DNA from: Macrostomum lignano
Taxonomy: Eukaryota
DNA length: 39,785 nucleotides
Reading direction: 5' to 3'
NCBI GenBank assembly: GCA_002269645.1
Contig: NIVC01003548.1
Span: 1-39,785, forward strand
The notes under the pieces are model-generated. The model worked only from the letters and a program-made list of their open reading frames with translations. It searched no databases and was not told the DNA's origin. The translations under genes were made by a program, and so were the position numbers. Every line of letters starts with the position of its first letter. Within the stretch, counting starts at the first letter, position 1. Shown in pieces: positions 1-9,525 of the stretch.

Positions 1-137
1 ATTCATCACAGTGTTGTCTATGGTCAAACTAAGACACACATCTCAGTCGTCTATGGGTAGAATAACTCTCAAAACAGCCAATTGAGGCAGGCGTGATAAA
101 AAGCTTCCGGCACGCCAGACTACGCTATGCTGAAACA

Positions 138-973
138 ATTTGGCCGTATGAATAAAGTGAGTAGTTGCCTCAAACTCGGCGAGATTCTCAAATCAGTATG
201 AATAAAATGAGTGCGTCCTCCTGAGCAAGTGCTCAAAATCAATTTCCCAAGAGTTTGTGCTCTTTCCGTGAGCAAATGCTCGGTGACTGAGTAGTGATTC
301 GCTTCAGTATGAATAAACTCTGGTCATAGACAAATTGTCTTGAGATCTTGCTCAGCAAAAGTTGAGTCTCCTCTGTAGTAGACTCACTGTTGAGCAGCAT
401 CCAGCCACTGCTTTGAAAGGAATCTTCCAGCCACTGCCTGCCACTGGCTACTTGTGTTATTCCAGATGGCCGAATTCATTTCAGACAGAGTGCCTGCGAA
501 GCGAAAACTAATACTGTATGAAGCGACACAGTATGGATGTGTATCGCGTCGATGTAGTATAAGCGGCTCTTTCGTTTTCTCTAGTGAAAGCGTTGGATTT
601 CTGGGATCCGTCGTCATCAGTTTCTAACGGCCCCATCTCTGTTGAATTCCTGTTGAAATCAAACTGACGCAAACCTAAGCTAAGTCAGTTTCTACTTCGA
701 GACAGATGCTAGGACGAAAGATAAGGCGATTTATACTATACGACACACGAGAGATGCCGGGGACCGCTTTCTCTTCGTCTATGGCCAAGAGGTGCCAAGC
801 AGTTACTCAGAATGAGGAGCAAATGCTCCGCATTTGAGAAATTTCTTTAATTCATATGAACATTGAGCAACTGCTCCAGATCAGAGCAGTTGCTCGAGTT
901 CGAGCTCTTGCACAATCTCAGAGTTTGAGGTGAAACTCGCCAGTTATTGCTCACTTTATTCATATGGCCAAAT
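138..973. mobile_element. Non-autonomous DNA transposon with 24-bp TIRs, probably PIF/Harbinger-derived
   Basis: 138-161 ATTTGGCCGTATGAATAAAGTGAG is the reverse complement of 950-973 at 23/24. The TATGAATAAA motif recurs at 197 and 308. No clear TSD. Confidence 0.6.
330..617 (-). pseudogene. Possible decayed Harbinger (HARBI1-like) transposase fragment
   Basis: Minus-strand frames give YIDAIHIH (cf. IDGTHI), RFAGT..NSAIWNN (cf. PGS.HDS.IW) and GDS in the expected order, but split across frames and stops. Confidence 0.35.
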
Positions 974-1334
974 GGCCTCTATGTGTCTTATGACCGCTGA
1001 GACAATGACGTTGCGTAATAGGTAAGGGACTGAAATAATAGCCCGTATGAATAAAAAGAGTAATTTGAACATCTCAAATCAGAGTCGGAGCAATTGCTCA
1101 ATCGTGAGAATATTCTCTGAGTCTGAGCAAGTGCTCATCGGGGGTATGAATAAAGAACAAACTCAAACTCTGAGAATATTCTCCGTAGCTTGAGTAAATG
1201 ATCAGAATGCTTTTAGCCACAGACAAAAATCGTTCATACGACTTCTTGCCGTTAGTACGGCTTTTTTACGGCTTCGTAGGGCTTCTTACTTACGACTGAT
1301 TTTTCACTCGCTTCTCACTTTTGGGAGGTTACAT

Positions 1335-1640
1335 CATGGAGGAAGAATAGAATGGAGTGCTATTCTGAGCAAGTTATTTTTGTCTCGCTTAGATCTTCAC
1401 TTTTAACATCTCTTTCCCCCCGTTCTTTCCTATTGGCTCGTGACTGCCATAGACAAAGTATTTTTCGTCTCGTTTTCGTTTTCGTTCCCCTCTGAAGGTC
1501 TGTCCCAGCATAGTACGAGCTCGCATCATGCTTTCAGCCAATAGGAAGGAACGGGGGGGAAAGGGATGTTAAAAGCGAAAATCGAGCGAGATAAAAACAA
1601 GTGGCTCAGATTAGCACTCCATTCTATTCTTTCCTACATG
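1335..1640. mobile_element. hAT-type MITE nested in the Harbinger-like element
   Basis: Imperfect inverted arms of about 105 bp (1335-1438, 1536-1640), CA...TG ends, and a perfect 8-bp TSD GGTTACAT at 1327-1334 and 1641-1648. Confidence 0.85.
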
Positions 1641-1732
1641 GGTTACATGCGCTAAGCTTAAGTTCAGAAGCAAAGGTCTAGCTTTTTTGTTCCTTACGGA
1701 AACTTCCAGTCGTACGACTTCTTTGGGCCACG

Positions 1733-2210
1733 ATGGACGGAAATGACGCGAAGACGAGTTGTTCGTAAAAGTTGTCTCTCGCTACCCGTCGTCCTCGACA
1801 AAAGCAAGACGCCGACACAATGGAGAAGAAGAACGCAGCATTCAGCTCAATACAAAAGGACCTGGAGGATAATGGAGTAAATCTAACCTGCAAGAAGATC
1901 AACATAAAGACTTTCGAACATTAAGACGCGGCTGAAGCAAAGACGGGCTTGAAGAAGACCGGAAATAAAAAGATTGTTCTGAAGAAGTGGGAAGAATCCA
2001 TGCTCTACCGTTTTTCAACATCGAGGAAAACCCAGTTTTTTCCAAGGTCCCTGGCGTTCGTGGGTGTGGGGTTGCATCACAACTCGCTGACGACGATGAA
2101 CCACAGACACCCCCGAGACCCAGCCCGAGCAGCGAGGAGTCTGATCGCCAACCCGCAACAGCACACAAGCGACTTCGGGGATGCGTCTGCTTCGTATATG
2201 CAACTTTAGG
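1733..2210 (+). pseudogene. Frameshifted Myb/SANT-like DNA-binding gene of a Harbinger element
   Basis: Joining frames gives EDELFVKVVSRYP/VVLDKSKTP/TMEKKNAAFSSIQKDLEDNG...NIKTRLKQ/KTGLKKTGNKKIVLKKWEESML, which resembles Harbinger Myb/SANT proteins. Several frameshifts are needed. Confidence 0.55.
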
Positions 2211-2572
2211 GCCAATATAAAGCTTGTTATAGGTTTTCGGACTGCTAAGCACGCTTGCTACTTGTTATTGTTAATATTGTTACTTACGTTACAGTCGAAT
2301 TGTTACTTTACAATTATTTTACGTGGTTACGACGCTTTAAATATACGACGACAAGTTAAGAAAAAACGGTAAACGTTTATTTTTGTCATAACAAACATAA
2401 AACACAGCTTTTATTTACTACGTGAATATTATTAGCTAGGTTAGGGCCAGATTGCAATACCTTACAATGCCTTACAAAAGTTAGGAAGCTTTAAACATAC
2501 GTTGAGAAATATGAAAAAACAGCAAAACGTGAGCAGCATGAGGTAAGTCAGTACGGATCGCGACGCAGTTTG

Positions 2573-2895
2573 TCATGGCCCATGCCTGAACATGATGTCG
2601 GCGATAGCGTTCCGCGCTGGACTCCGGCGCTCTTTTCGCGGCCTCACTGGCATTGTTCACGTCGAACGGTGGTGCGAGGGCTCTTCCATCTCCTCCTCAA
2701 TAGCTTCATCGTCAATGGTATCATCGTTGAGCTCCTTCGCAATGTTGTGTGAAGTGCACCACCACGCGTTTCTACGCTATTTCGATGAAAGCGAAACAGA
2801 CGCCGGTATTCGTCGTCCCGATACACATCTGAGTGATAACGCTCCAAATACAGTTTCCGCCGAGCAGGCGCTACATCAGGCATGTATTCGGCCAT
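2573..2895 (-). pseudogene. Harbinger transposase remnant (N- and C-termini fused, DDE core deleted)
   Basis: N-terminal DVYRDDEYRRLFRFHRNSVE is joined directly to C-terminal-like LHNIAKELNDDTIDDEAIEEE and RNAIADIMF in shifted frames. Confidence 0.6.
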
Positions 2896-3194
2896 GCTCC
2901 AGAGTTTGAAAATCTCAAGAAAAGCTTTAGCTTTAGCTTTCAGGAGTTAAGCTTTGACGATTTATCTGCTTTTTACACTGCGACTCGTTCTTGAGTCTGC
3001 CAGGAGGCTGCCTCAACGTTTTCTGAGTAATTGCTCAGAAATTTAGCCTGCGGTAGTAGTTTTATTCTTATTGACCTAAGTAATTGTCAATCTCAGAGTA
3101 TTTGCTATGAAATCGGAGCAAATTCTCTTGAGAAAAATCTCATGAACATTTGCTCATGAGCAATTTCTCAGTTTATTCATACAGGCCCGAGTAA

Positions 3195-3243
3195 ATGCTT
3201 GAGTTGGAGCAGTTGCTCATTTTATTCATATGGCCTAATGGCC
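3195..3243. mobile_element. Orphan right end related to the 138-973 element
   Basis: TTTATTCATATGGCCTAATGGCC (3221-3243) is nearly identical to 955-977. Confidence 0.45.
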
Positions 3244-3737
3244 AAACACGAGTGCCTCAGATTTTTTCGGCCTCCAGTCTTCAAGCAAACTCGCCACTCA
3301 GTTCCTCCAGACATCGAGTTGCAGATTCGGAAGTCAACCAATGTAGCTCCTCCGTTGATGATCCGAATACCATTTGATCCGGTTTCAACATTCTCAAGAA
3401 GTAAATCGCTTATAGAGTTGTAATTAAGTCTCAGAATGGCTTTCTGAACAGAATATAAATCTCAATTGCGTCCCTCTCATCCAAACACTGAACAAAACTT
3501 CTCTTGTCGCTCTCTTTCCTAAATTTAGCCTCTATCCATCAGTAAATCAGAAACAGACTTCTACTATAAACTTTCTGATCAGCTCCAACACCCGGCCTAT
3601 TCCCTAACATAGAGCCCGCAAATTTCTACACATTGTCACCCGGAATTTTCTTGAAGTGATCAAGTTAATCATAATCAAATTGTTATAGAGCTTTGCTAGT
3701 AGTCAATAATAATGTTATATCATTGTATCACGCTGGC

Positions 3738-4647
3738 GCGCGTTAGATGCACGATTTACTGTGCGTCTAATGTAGGTGTCTATGGCAATTTTCTATCTGA
3801 GTAAAGGCAACAAGCGTGCGTCTAACGCGTGCGTGTAATGCACGGAAAGTGAGTATATTTTAATAAGTATACTTCTGTTTTTTCTGGAGATTTCCGATCG
3901 AAGTAGTCAGACAGCCTCTTCAGATCAACAGGCTCGATCGATTGGAAGTGTCGGGCGTGTCCGCCTCGGGCAATGAAGATTCTGCCCATTGACTTCAGTG
4001 TCGTATTGGAAGCATAGAATGCGTCGTCAGTTAGAATATTGATTCGCCTTGTCGACATGAAATGCCGGTAGAGCGCAGCTCGGATACAAATCAACGTGGC
4101 TGGAGCAAAGTATTCGCCATTCCTCTTGCGAAGTGAGCCATAGAAGTATCGCAATAGACTGTCGATCTCGCGCGGTGTAGAAGTCGCCAAATCACGCTGA
4201 ACTGACGGATGGTTCTCCATGAAGCTCTGCAACTTACCGACATAATATTCGGTAGCCTTTGTCACACTTTTACTAGCAGCGGTGTCCTCGATTTCGGAAA
4301 CGAGCTGTTCCAATTCAAGTAGTTCAGCTTCTTCGTCAGGTATCTTCTTGAAAAGTGCCTCCAGAAGATCCTCCTCTTCTCGATCAATTGCCGACTCCGG
4401 TAGATTATCAGGCTCGTTCAGAATGTCGTCAATCTCATTGGTGGACAAGCCGGAAATCATTTCGTTTGGAAATTTGCTCAGATTCAGAAGTCTGACTTTA
4501 GTTGGTGGCTCAGCCATATTCTCTCACAAGTGATTTTAATTTAACAGCTTCTTATTCCCTTCTTCGCAACACTCAATCAACTTGCGTGCCTTTCACGCAT
4601 TTTTGTCTATGGTTAAGACAAATTAACTGAGCGTGCATCTAACGCGC
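3738..4647 (-). mobile_element. Truncated Crypton-like element
   Basis: Perfect 16-bp inverted repeat GCGCGTTAGATGCACG (3738-3753) / CGTGCATCTAACGCGC (4632-4647), and direct GTCTATGG at 3778-3785 and 4605-4612, flanking the Crypton-type ORF. Boundaries are uncertain. Confidence 0.6.
3822..4517 (-). CDS. N-terminal part of a Crypton tyrosine-recombinase-like protein (KCTD1/ZMYM/DUF3504-related), catalytic C-terminus missing
   Basis: Motifs TKATEYYV, LLRYFYGSLRKRNGEYFAPATLICIRAALYRHF, NILTDDAFYASN and DLKRLSDYF match the region preceding DUF3504. The ORF runs into the element end after KSPE. Confidence 0.75.
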   Translation of the reverse strand: MAEPPTKVRLLNLSKFPNEMISGLSTNEIDDILNEPDNLPESAIDREEEDLLEALFKKIPDEEAELLELEQLVSEIEDTAASKSVTKATEYYVGKLQSFMENHPSVQRDLATSTPREIDSLLRYFYGSLRKRNGEYFAPATLICIRAALYRHFMSTRRINILTDDAFYASNTTLKSMGRIFIARGGHARHFQSIEPVDLKRLSDYFDRKSPEKTEVYLLKYTHFPCITRTR

Positions 4648-4945
4648 CATCTAAAGTATTAAGCCAACGTAATACAATGCAACTCATACATCGATTTTGC
4701 GTGCTTAAATGGTCTATGCACGAGTGCGCTGCGCTGTATGAATCCTACATAGTACACTTACGCTGAGGAATTTTAACTGACTTTTGACGGATCCGAAGTT
4801 GAAATGTTATATTACCTATACTTTATTCAATTTATCATTAAATCATTCAAATGTCTTTGGGGCGATAAGAATTCAAATGAATGCAAAATTTAAATCACGT
4901 CCGACAGCATAGTTGTGACCATAGAATACCAATTAAATTGTGTAT

Positions 4946-5128
4946 CAAGGAGTTCTATAATTAGCAGCCTGGAGTGGAAACGAGTTTTTCATTTTTACCT
5001 CATGAGGCCAGACTAGCATAGACAGAGTCCGACGGAGCCAAAGACATCCAGTGCTGGCTCATTAATTTGCGTGGCCTCATGAGGTAAAACTCGTTTCCAC
5101 TCCAGATTGCTAATTATAGAACTCCTTG
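4946..5128. mobile_element. hAT-type MITE immediately upstream of knottin gene 1
   Basis: Long inverted arms CAAGGAGTTCTATAATTAGCA...TGCTAATTATAGAACTCCTTG, with an 8-bp TSD TTGTGTAT (4938-4945) / TTGTGTAC (5129-5136) matching at 7/8. Confidence 0.85.
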
Positions 5129-5139
5129 TTGTGTACGAG

Positions 5140-5146
5140 TATAAAG
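5140..5146 (+). promoter_or_regulatory. Candidate TATA box of knottin gene 1
   Basis: TATAAAG 89 bp upstream of the ATG at 5229. Confidence 0.4.
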
Positions 5147-5228
5147 TTCAAGAGATTAGCGATCCAAGATATTTGCAAAAATTTGAGGTCAGAAATTGAT
5201 TCGTTGCTAATTTGTCAGACTGTCAACA

Positions 5229-5362
5229 ATGCGACTAAATGCGACTGTAATAGTTCTAGTTTTTCTGCTAGCAGCAGTTCAACTTTCACGATGTAGTTCA
5301 ACAGTGTCTGTCACAACAGCCGAATCGAACACAACAGATATGTGGTTAGTTCGCAACCCAAG
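5229..5362 (+). CDS. Knottin gene 1, exon 1 (signal peptide + propeptide)
   Basis: CAACA-ATG start; MRLNATVIVLVFLLAAVQLSRCSSTVSVTTAESNTTDMWLVRNP plus AG, then donor GTCAGG at 5363 (phase 2). Confidence 0.85.
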
Positions 5363-5430
5363 GTCAGGATTTTAACAAACTTTTTTTCTTTTAGTTATTT
5401 TTCTGTCTAACAGTGGTTTTTCTGTTTTAG

Positions 5431-5557
5431 GTACGCTGCAAGATGCCTGGAACGGTACAAAATCTGCGCTACAATACCCGAGGGCCTCATCGGTGCCTGC
5501 TGTCCGGAATTAATTTGTCAACGTTTCTCAAATTTCTACTGGGCTTGCTCTGTTTGA
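5431..5557 (+). CDS. Knottin gene 1, exon 2 (ICK domain); 86-aa precursor
   Basis: Acceptor TTTTCTGTTTTAG ending 5430. (R)YAARCLERYKICATIPEGLIGACCPELICQRFSNFYWACSV-stop; spacing C-x6-C-x10-CC-x4-C-x9-C. Confidence 0.9.
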
Positions 5558-5725
5558 ATTTGGCGGCTGAGCCTGCAGTGTTTGAGTTCGGCTTTAACTA
5601 CTCGACAATTTGAACTCATCTTTGTTAAAGTACTTGTAAATGTACGCCATTTAAATATGATTCTGAAAGGCATAAGAAGCTTTACTTCAATTTATATTGC
5701 TTAATGATTGAGACCGATTGTAGGA

Positions 5726-6015
5726 GGGGGGTTGTAGTCTAGTGGTCAGAGCGTCGGACTCACGACTTGAAGGTCCGGGGGTTCGATTCCCGATCCCACT
5801 GGAACAATTTGTGTCCTTGAGCAAGACACTTAACTCTGCATTGCTTCAGTTCACCCAGCAGTAAAGGGAGTGCCAGCATTAGTTGAGATAATTGAGGGTG
5901 TGTGTATGCCGACATCCTTGTCCTTGGACTGAACAGCCATACGCAGCTTTCAGGTGCGCCGCGCAATAGCTGCGGCTGAGCTGTCGGTTGCACATCTGGC
6001 CATTGGGGAAGGTCC
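5726..6015 (+). mobile_element. tRNA-derived SINE with CORE/Meta-like central domain
   Basis: A-box-like TAGTCTAGTGG (5735), B-box GTTCGATTCC (5781-5790), then TGTGTCCTTGAGCAAGACACTTAAC...TTCAGTTCACCCAGCAGTAAA, resembling the MIR/CORE-type domain. The 3' end is approximate. Confidence 0.8.
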
Positions 6016-6483
6016 AATCAATTGTTAGTATTATGGTTAATTGTTTAAACATTAATTGTTGTACAATATTATTTCGTAGAGATGAACTTTATATATACCT
6101 ACGTAACTAAAACCTATTGGGGGGATTTTTCTAAACTCACTTTGACCAGTAAGTTAATTGTTTTACTCGTTAAAAGCTCGTTAGAATTTTACTAAACGGG
6201 ATCTGGATTGTTCCACTGAATTAAGATGAAAACTGCAGCGCTTAACGCATTAAGTATATAGAAAATTAACTTTTGTCGAGAAGATTTAAAATGCTTTAGT
6301 TTATGGTCTGACTAACCATCTTCCCGTGTCTGTACATCTGTCAGTCTAACTGCACGAGTTCATTGAGACAAGTTGGACTTATCAACACGTCTCTAAAGCA
6401 TAGGCTATGATATTATATGCTACAAATTATATGTTTAATTTTAAAATTAACAAACCCCTGGAAGTTCGACCTCGAGTTTCACT

Positions 6484-6653
6484 ATGCATCTCCATTGCAT
6501 TCTGGGCATAGGCGCAAGTCTATTTGCCATCCAACTGCTTTCTGTCTCGGCTGATAGACGACGGACTGATGTGCCATCGACATTTAACCCGGCGGATGAG
6601 TCATTGCCACATGTGCAGCCTTGGCCACCAGGATGGCCCGGCTATTCCGCTGA
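6484..6653 (+). CDS. Knottin gene 2, exon 1 (signal peptide + propeptide)
   Basis: MHLHCILGIGASLFAIQLLSVSADRRRTDVPSTFNPADESLPHVQPWPPGWPGYSA plus GA, then donor GTGAGA at 6654 (phase 2). Confidence 0.8.
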
Positions 6654-6689
6654 GTGAGAAAATCGAATTGTTTCATTTTTATTTATTTG

Positions 6690-6830
6690 TATGCCAGCTT
6701 GGAGAAGAGAGGGAAGATGAGAGACAGTAGAGAGTAAGGAAGAGAGCTAAGAAGAGACACAAATCTTGATTAGGCCGAATTGCCATTGGGAAGTTCTTAA
6801 AGGACCCGAGGGTCGGATAGAGAGGCTTCG
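6690..6830. repeat. Purine-rich interspersed repeat remnant in the knottin 2 intron
   Basis: A GA-rich tract followed by GAAGAGACACAAA (6751-6763) and AAAGGACCCGAGGG (6799-6812); the same motifs recur at 9218-9273. Confidence 0.5.
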
Positions 6831-6930
6831 TGAGCCAACGCAGTTTGCCCAACCACCCTTCTTGTTGTTTCACCTTAATTTCCAAAATTCTGTTATTTTA
6901 TATCATGATTTTTTTAATTTTCATTGTTAG

Positions 6931-7042
6931 AGAATGTGCTGGTCTCGGTCAACTCTGCGGCCCTCGCTGGTACGGATACAAGAGCTGCTGCACTGGCAAA
7001 TGCACTCTTGCCATAGTTCGTGGCCTCCCTATTTGTTATTGA
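6931..7042 (+). CDS. Knottin gene 2, exon 2 (ICK domain); 93-aa precursor
   Basis: Acceptor TTTTCATTGTTAG ending 6930. (E)ECAGLGQLCGPRWYGYKSCCTGKCTLAIVRGLPICY-stop; spacing C-x6-C-x9-CC-x3-C-x10-C. Confidence 0.9.
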
Positions 7043-7047
7043 ACAGC

Positions 7048-7053
7048 AATAAA
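7048..7053 (+). promoter_or_regulatory. Polyadenylation signal of knottin gene 2
   Basis: AATAAA 6 nt after the stop codon. Confidence 0.65.
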
Positions 7054-7190
7054 ACAATTCAATTAAATTAAACTTTGATTATGGCAGTTTAAAGTGAACA
7101 CATGAAAGTTTTTTATTGTTGAGAGTAAAAACCAATAAACAAAGTAAGGCTATCAAAAGTGCACACATTTTATGTAACCAATTTGTTTTT

Positions 7191-8550
7191 TGAAGAGCTT
7201 GATCGGGCGGTGATCAGTCACCCGAAAACTCTCACTTCCAGACCTCAAGCCTGGGAACAGAATTCAGTGCTCACTTACTGGTGCGGGCTCCTTTTCTTTG
7301 TCGGGCAGGTTCTCCGAGCTCGTTTCTTCAATTCTTTTTCCTCCGGAGTAGTCTTGAATTCTAAAATCGGCCGAAAGTGAGAGTGTAACACTTGAATCCG
7401 TCGACGTCACAGTATTCCTCGAGTGCAGAAATCAATATATTCCTCGGGTGCAGAAATCAATATATTCCTCGGGTGCAGAAATCAATATATTCCTCGGGTG
7501 CAGAAATCAATATATTCCTCGAGTGCAGAAATCAATATATTCCTCGAGTGCAGAAATCAATATATTCCTCGGGTGCAGAAATCAATATATTCCTCGGGTG
7601 CAGAAATCAATATATTCCTCGAGTGCAGAAATCAATATATTCCTCGAGTGCAGAAATCAATATATTCCTCGAGTGCAGAAATCAATATATTCCTCGAGTG
7701 CAGAAATCAATATATTGAAGAGTTTGATCGGGTGGTGATCAGTCACCCGAAAACTCCCACTTCCAGACCCTAAGCCTGGGAACAAAATTTAGTGATCACT
7801 TACTGTTGCGGGCTCCTCTTCTTTGTTGGGCGGGTCCTAGGAACTCTTCTCTTGTCTCCGGAGTAGTCTTCTTTGGTCCTGAAATCGGCCGAACGTGAAA
7901 GCGTAACAACTTTTCTTGTCGATGTCGCAGTATTCCTCGACTGCAGAAATCAATATCAACGATGCGCCCTAATAACAAAGTCAACTTTCTATAACAATAA
8001 CGAGGTCCTCCAAAAAGAGGCGTCTTCTTCTAGAAATAACGAAATCGGAGTCGTGTGCTCCTATCGGTTACTCTTGGGTAATCCAAATCAATCGATCGAT
8101 AATTCTCTAAGGGTATCGGAATCGGTCCGCAGATCCTATCCAATCCCTTAGGAAAAAGGGAGGCCTCAAACGCAATAAACTCAGTTGAATCAACTGATTA
8201 GTAACGGCCGGCAATAAAATCGCTCTCAATCAATCAAATAACAAAGGCTCGAACAAGGGCTTACCGAACGGTATTCGTCTTCCTCAGAGATGTAGCCTCG
8301 ATTAGCTTCTCCCGTTAGCTCAAGATGTTTTGATGCTGCTCCGAGTCTGAGATTTTTAGCTCGGATTTTGCGTTTGTATTTATAGGCAATTTTTTTGAAA
8401 TATAAATAGTAACATGACTCATCTTTTCGCTATAAAAGGTAATATGATTAATCTTCTCGTTATAAATAGTTACATGACTCATTTTTGTTATAAATAGTGA
8501 TTATGATTCATTTCTTCGCTATAAATAGTAAGATTATTCATAGTTCAAGT
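7191..8550. mobile_element. Unclassified interspersed repeat with a duplicated segment of about 240 bp (possibly LTR-like)
   Basis: 7191-7437 and 7716-7955 are diverged direct copies beginning TGAAGAG. TATAAATAG-containing tandem units of about 30 bp lie at 8401-8540. No coding evidence. Confidence 0.35.
7413..7712. repeat. 25-bp minisatellite, 12 copies
   Basis: Unit TATTCCTCG(A/G)GTGCAGAAATCAATA. Confidence 0.95.
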
Positions 8551-9099
8551 TTTGGTGCGCATGTGTGCGTTGCTCTACTTGCAGTAGAATTCTATGAATT
8601 AAACTTCTACATTTTCTTTATTCAAATCGGCGCCTGACCGTCAGCAGTGTGACGTGGCAGCGTGGCAAAGATCTGACACAGACAAACCATAGAAAGGCCA
8701 TAGACAACAGAGATTAATTTTGGCCACAGCTGGATGGCATGGCTACGAGCGTAAAGTAAAGAATGGCGTAGAGAGAGAACCATGCGCTAAAATATGTTGT
8801 CTGTTGGACAGAGAAAGAGACAGAGAATGTTCGTGGCATAAACCAAATTGCCTAGTGATTTCAATTCTCAGTCTGTATGGTGAATATGAATTCTGCTGGG
8901 CTCCTTGCAAAGCAAAAAACTGGACGCAGTGAAAGTCAAATAGTTATAGAAGTTATAACTTTTCTAAGCAGATTTGTGCAGCTGCAGCATAACCTCAATC
9001 AAGGCCATTGACCATATTGACCCAGACAGACGACAAACTTTTGTTTCTCGTGCATCAAGGGCCAGATAGAGAACCTATCACATGACTTCTGGTCAGAGG

Positions 9100-9280
9100 A
9101 AGGTAGAGAGAGGATGTGGAGAAGAGAAGAGAGAAGAGGAGAAGAGGAGATAATAAGGGAGAGGAGAGTAGAGAGGAGATGAAAGAAAACGAAAGATATT
9201 AGAGATAAGACAGCTGAGAAGAGACACAAACCTATCTGTGGTTACTATTGCGATGTTGCAAAGGACCCGAGGGCCCTTTA
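9100..9280. repeat. Second copy of the purine-rich interspersed repeat
   Basis: GA-rich tract, GAAGAGACACAAA (9218-9230), AAAGGACCCGAGGG (9260-9273). Confidence 0.5.
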
Positions 9281-9525
9281 GGCCATAGACATCCTGAGCA
9301 GAGGAATATCCATCCGATTCAAAGTCGATTAAATTCGCAAAAAGGCTACATAACTACATGTACATAAACGCAACGTTCATTGAATAATTAATTTTATCAA
9401 AATATTTTTATAGAAGATCAATTTAGCAATAGCTTCATTTGTGTATGCGCTCTGATTTTGATTACAAGCAATCAGAAAGTGCATTAAATTTACAGATTCA
9501 TTAACTAACATATTCTCTCGCTAAT

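Larger units (their letters stand above)
1040..3188. mobile_element. Internally deleted PIF/Harbinger-like element carrying remnants of both genes
   Basis: Left end AGCCCGTATGAATAAA (1040) and right end TTTATTCATACAGGCCC (3172-3188). It contains convergent Myb/SANT-like (+) and transposase-like (-) remnants. Confidence 0.65.

Noticed and set aside
5726-5800. Functional tRNA gene
   Set aside because: Acceptor and anticodon stems pair poorly and the sequence continues into a SINE body.
7392-7773. Three overlapping repetitive ORFs
   Set aside because: They come from the 25-bp array being open in all frames.
8720-8932. Cys-rich 70-aa ORF as a fourth knottin
   Set aside because: The spacing C-x3-CC-x10-C-x6-C-x14-C-x3-C is not ICK, there is no signal exon, and it lies within a repeat-like segment.
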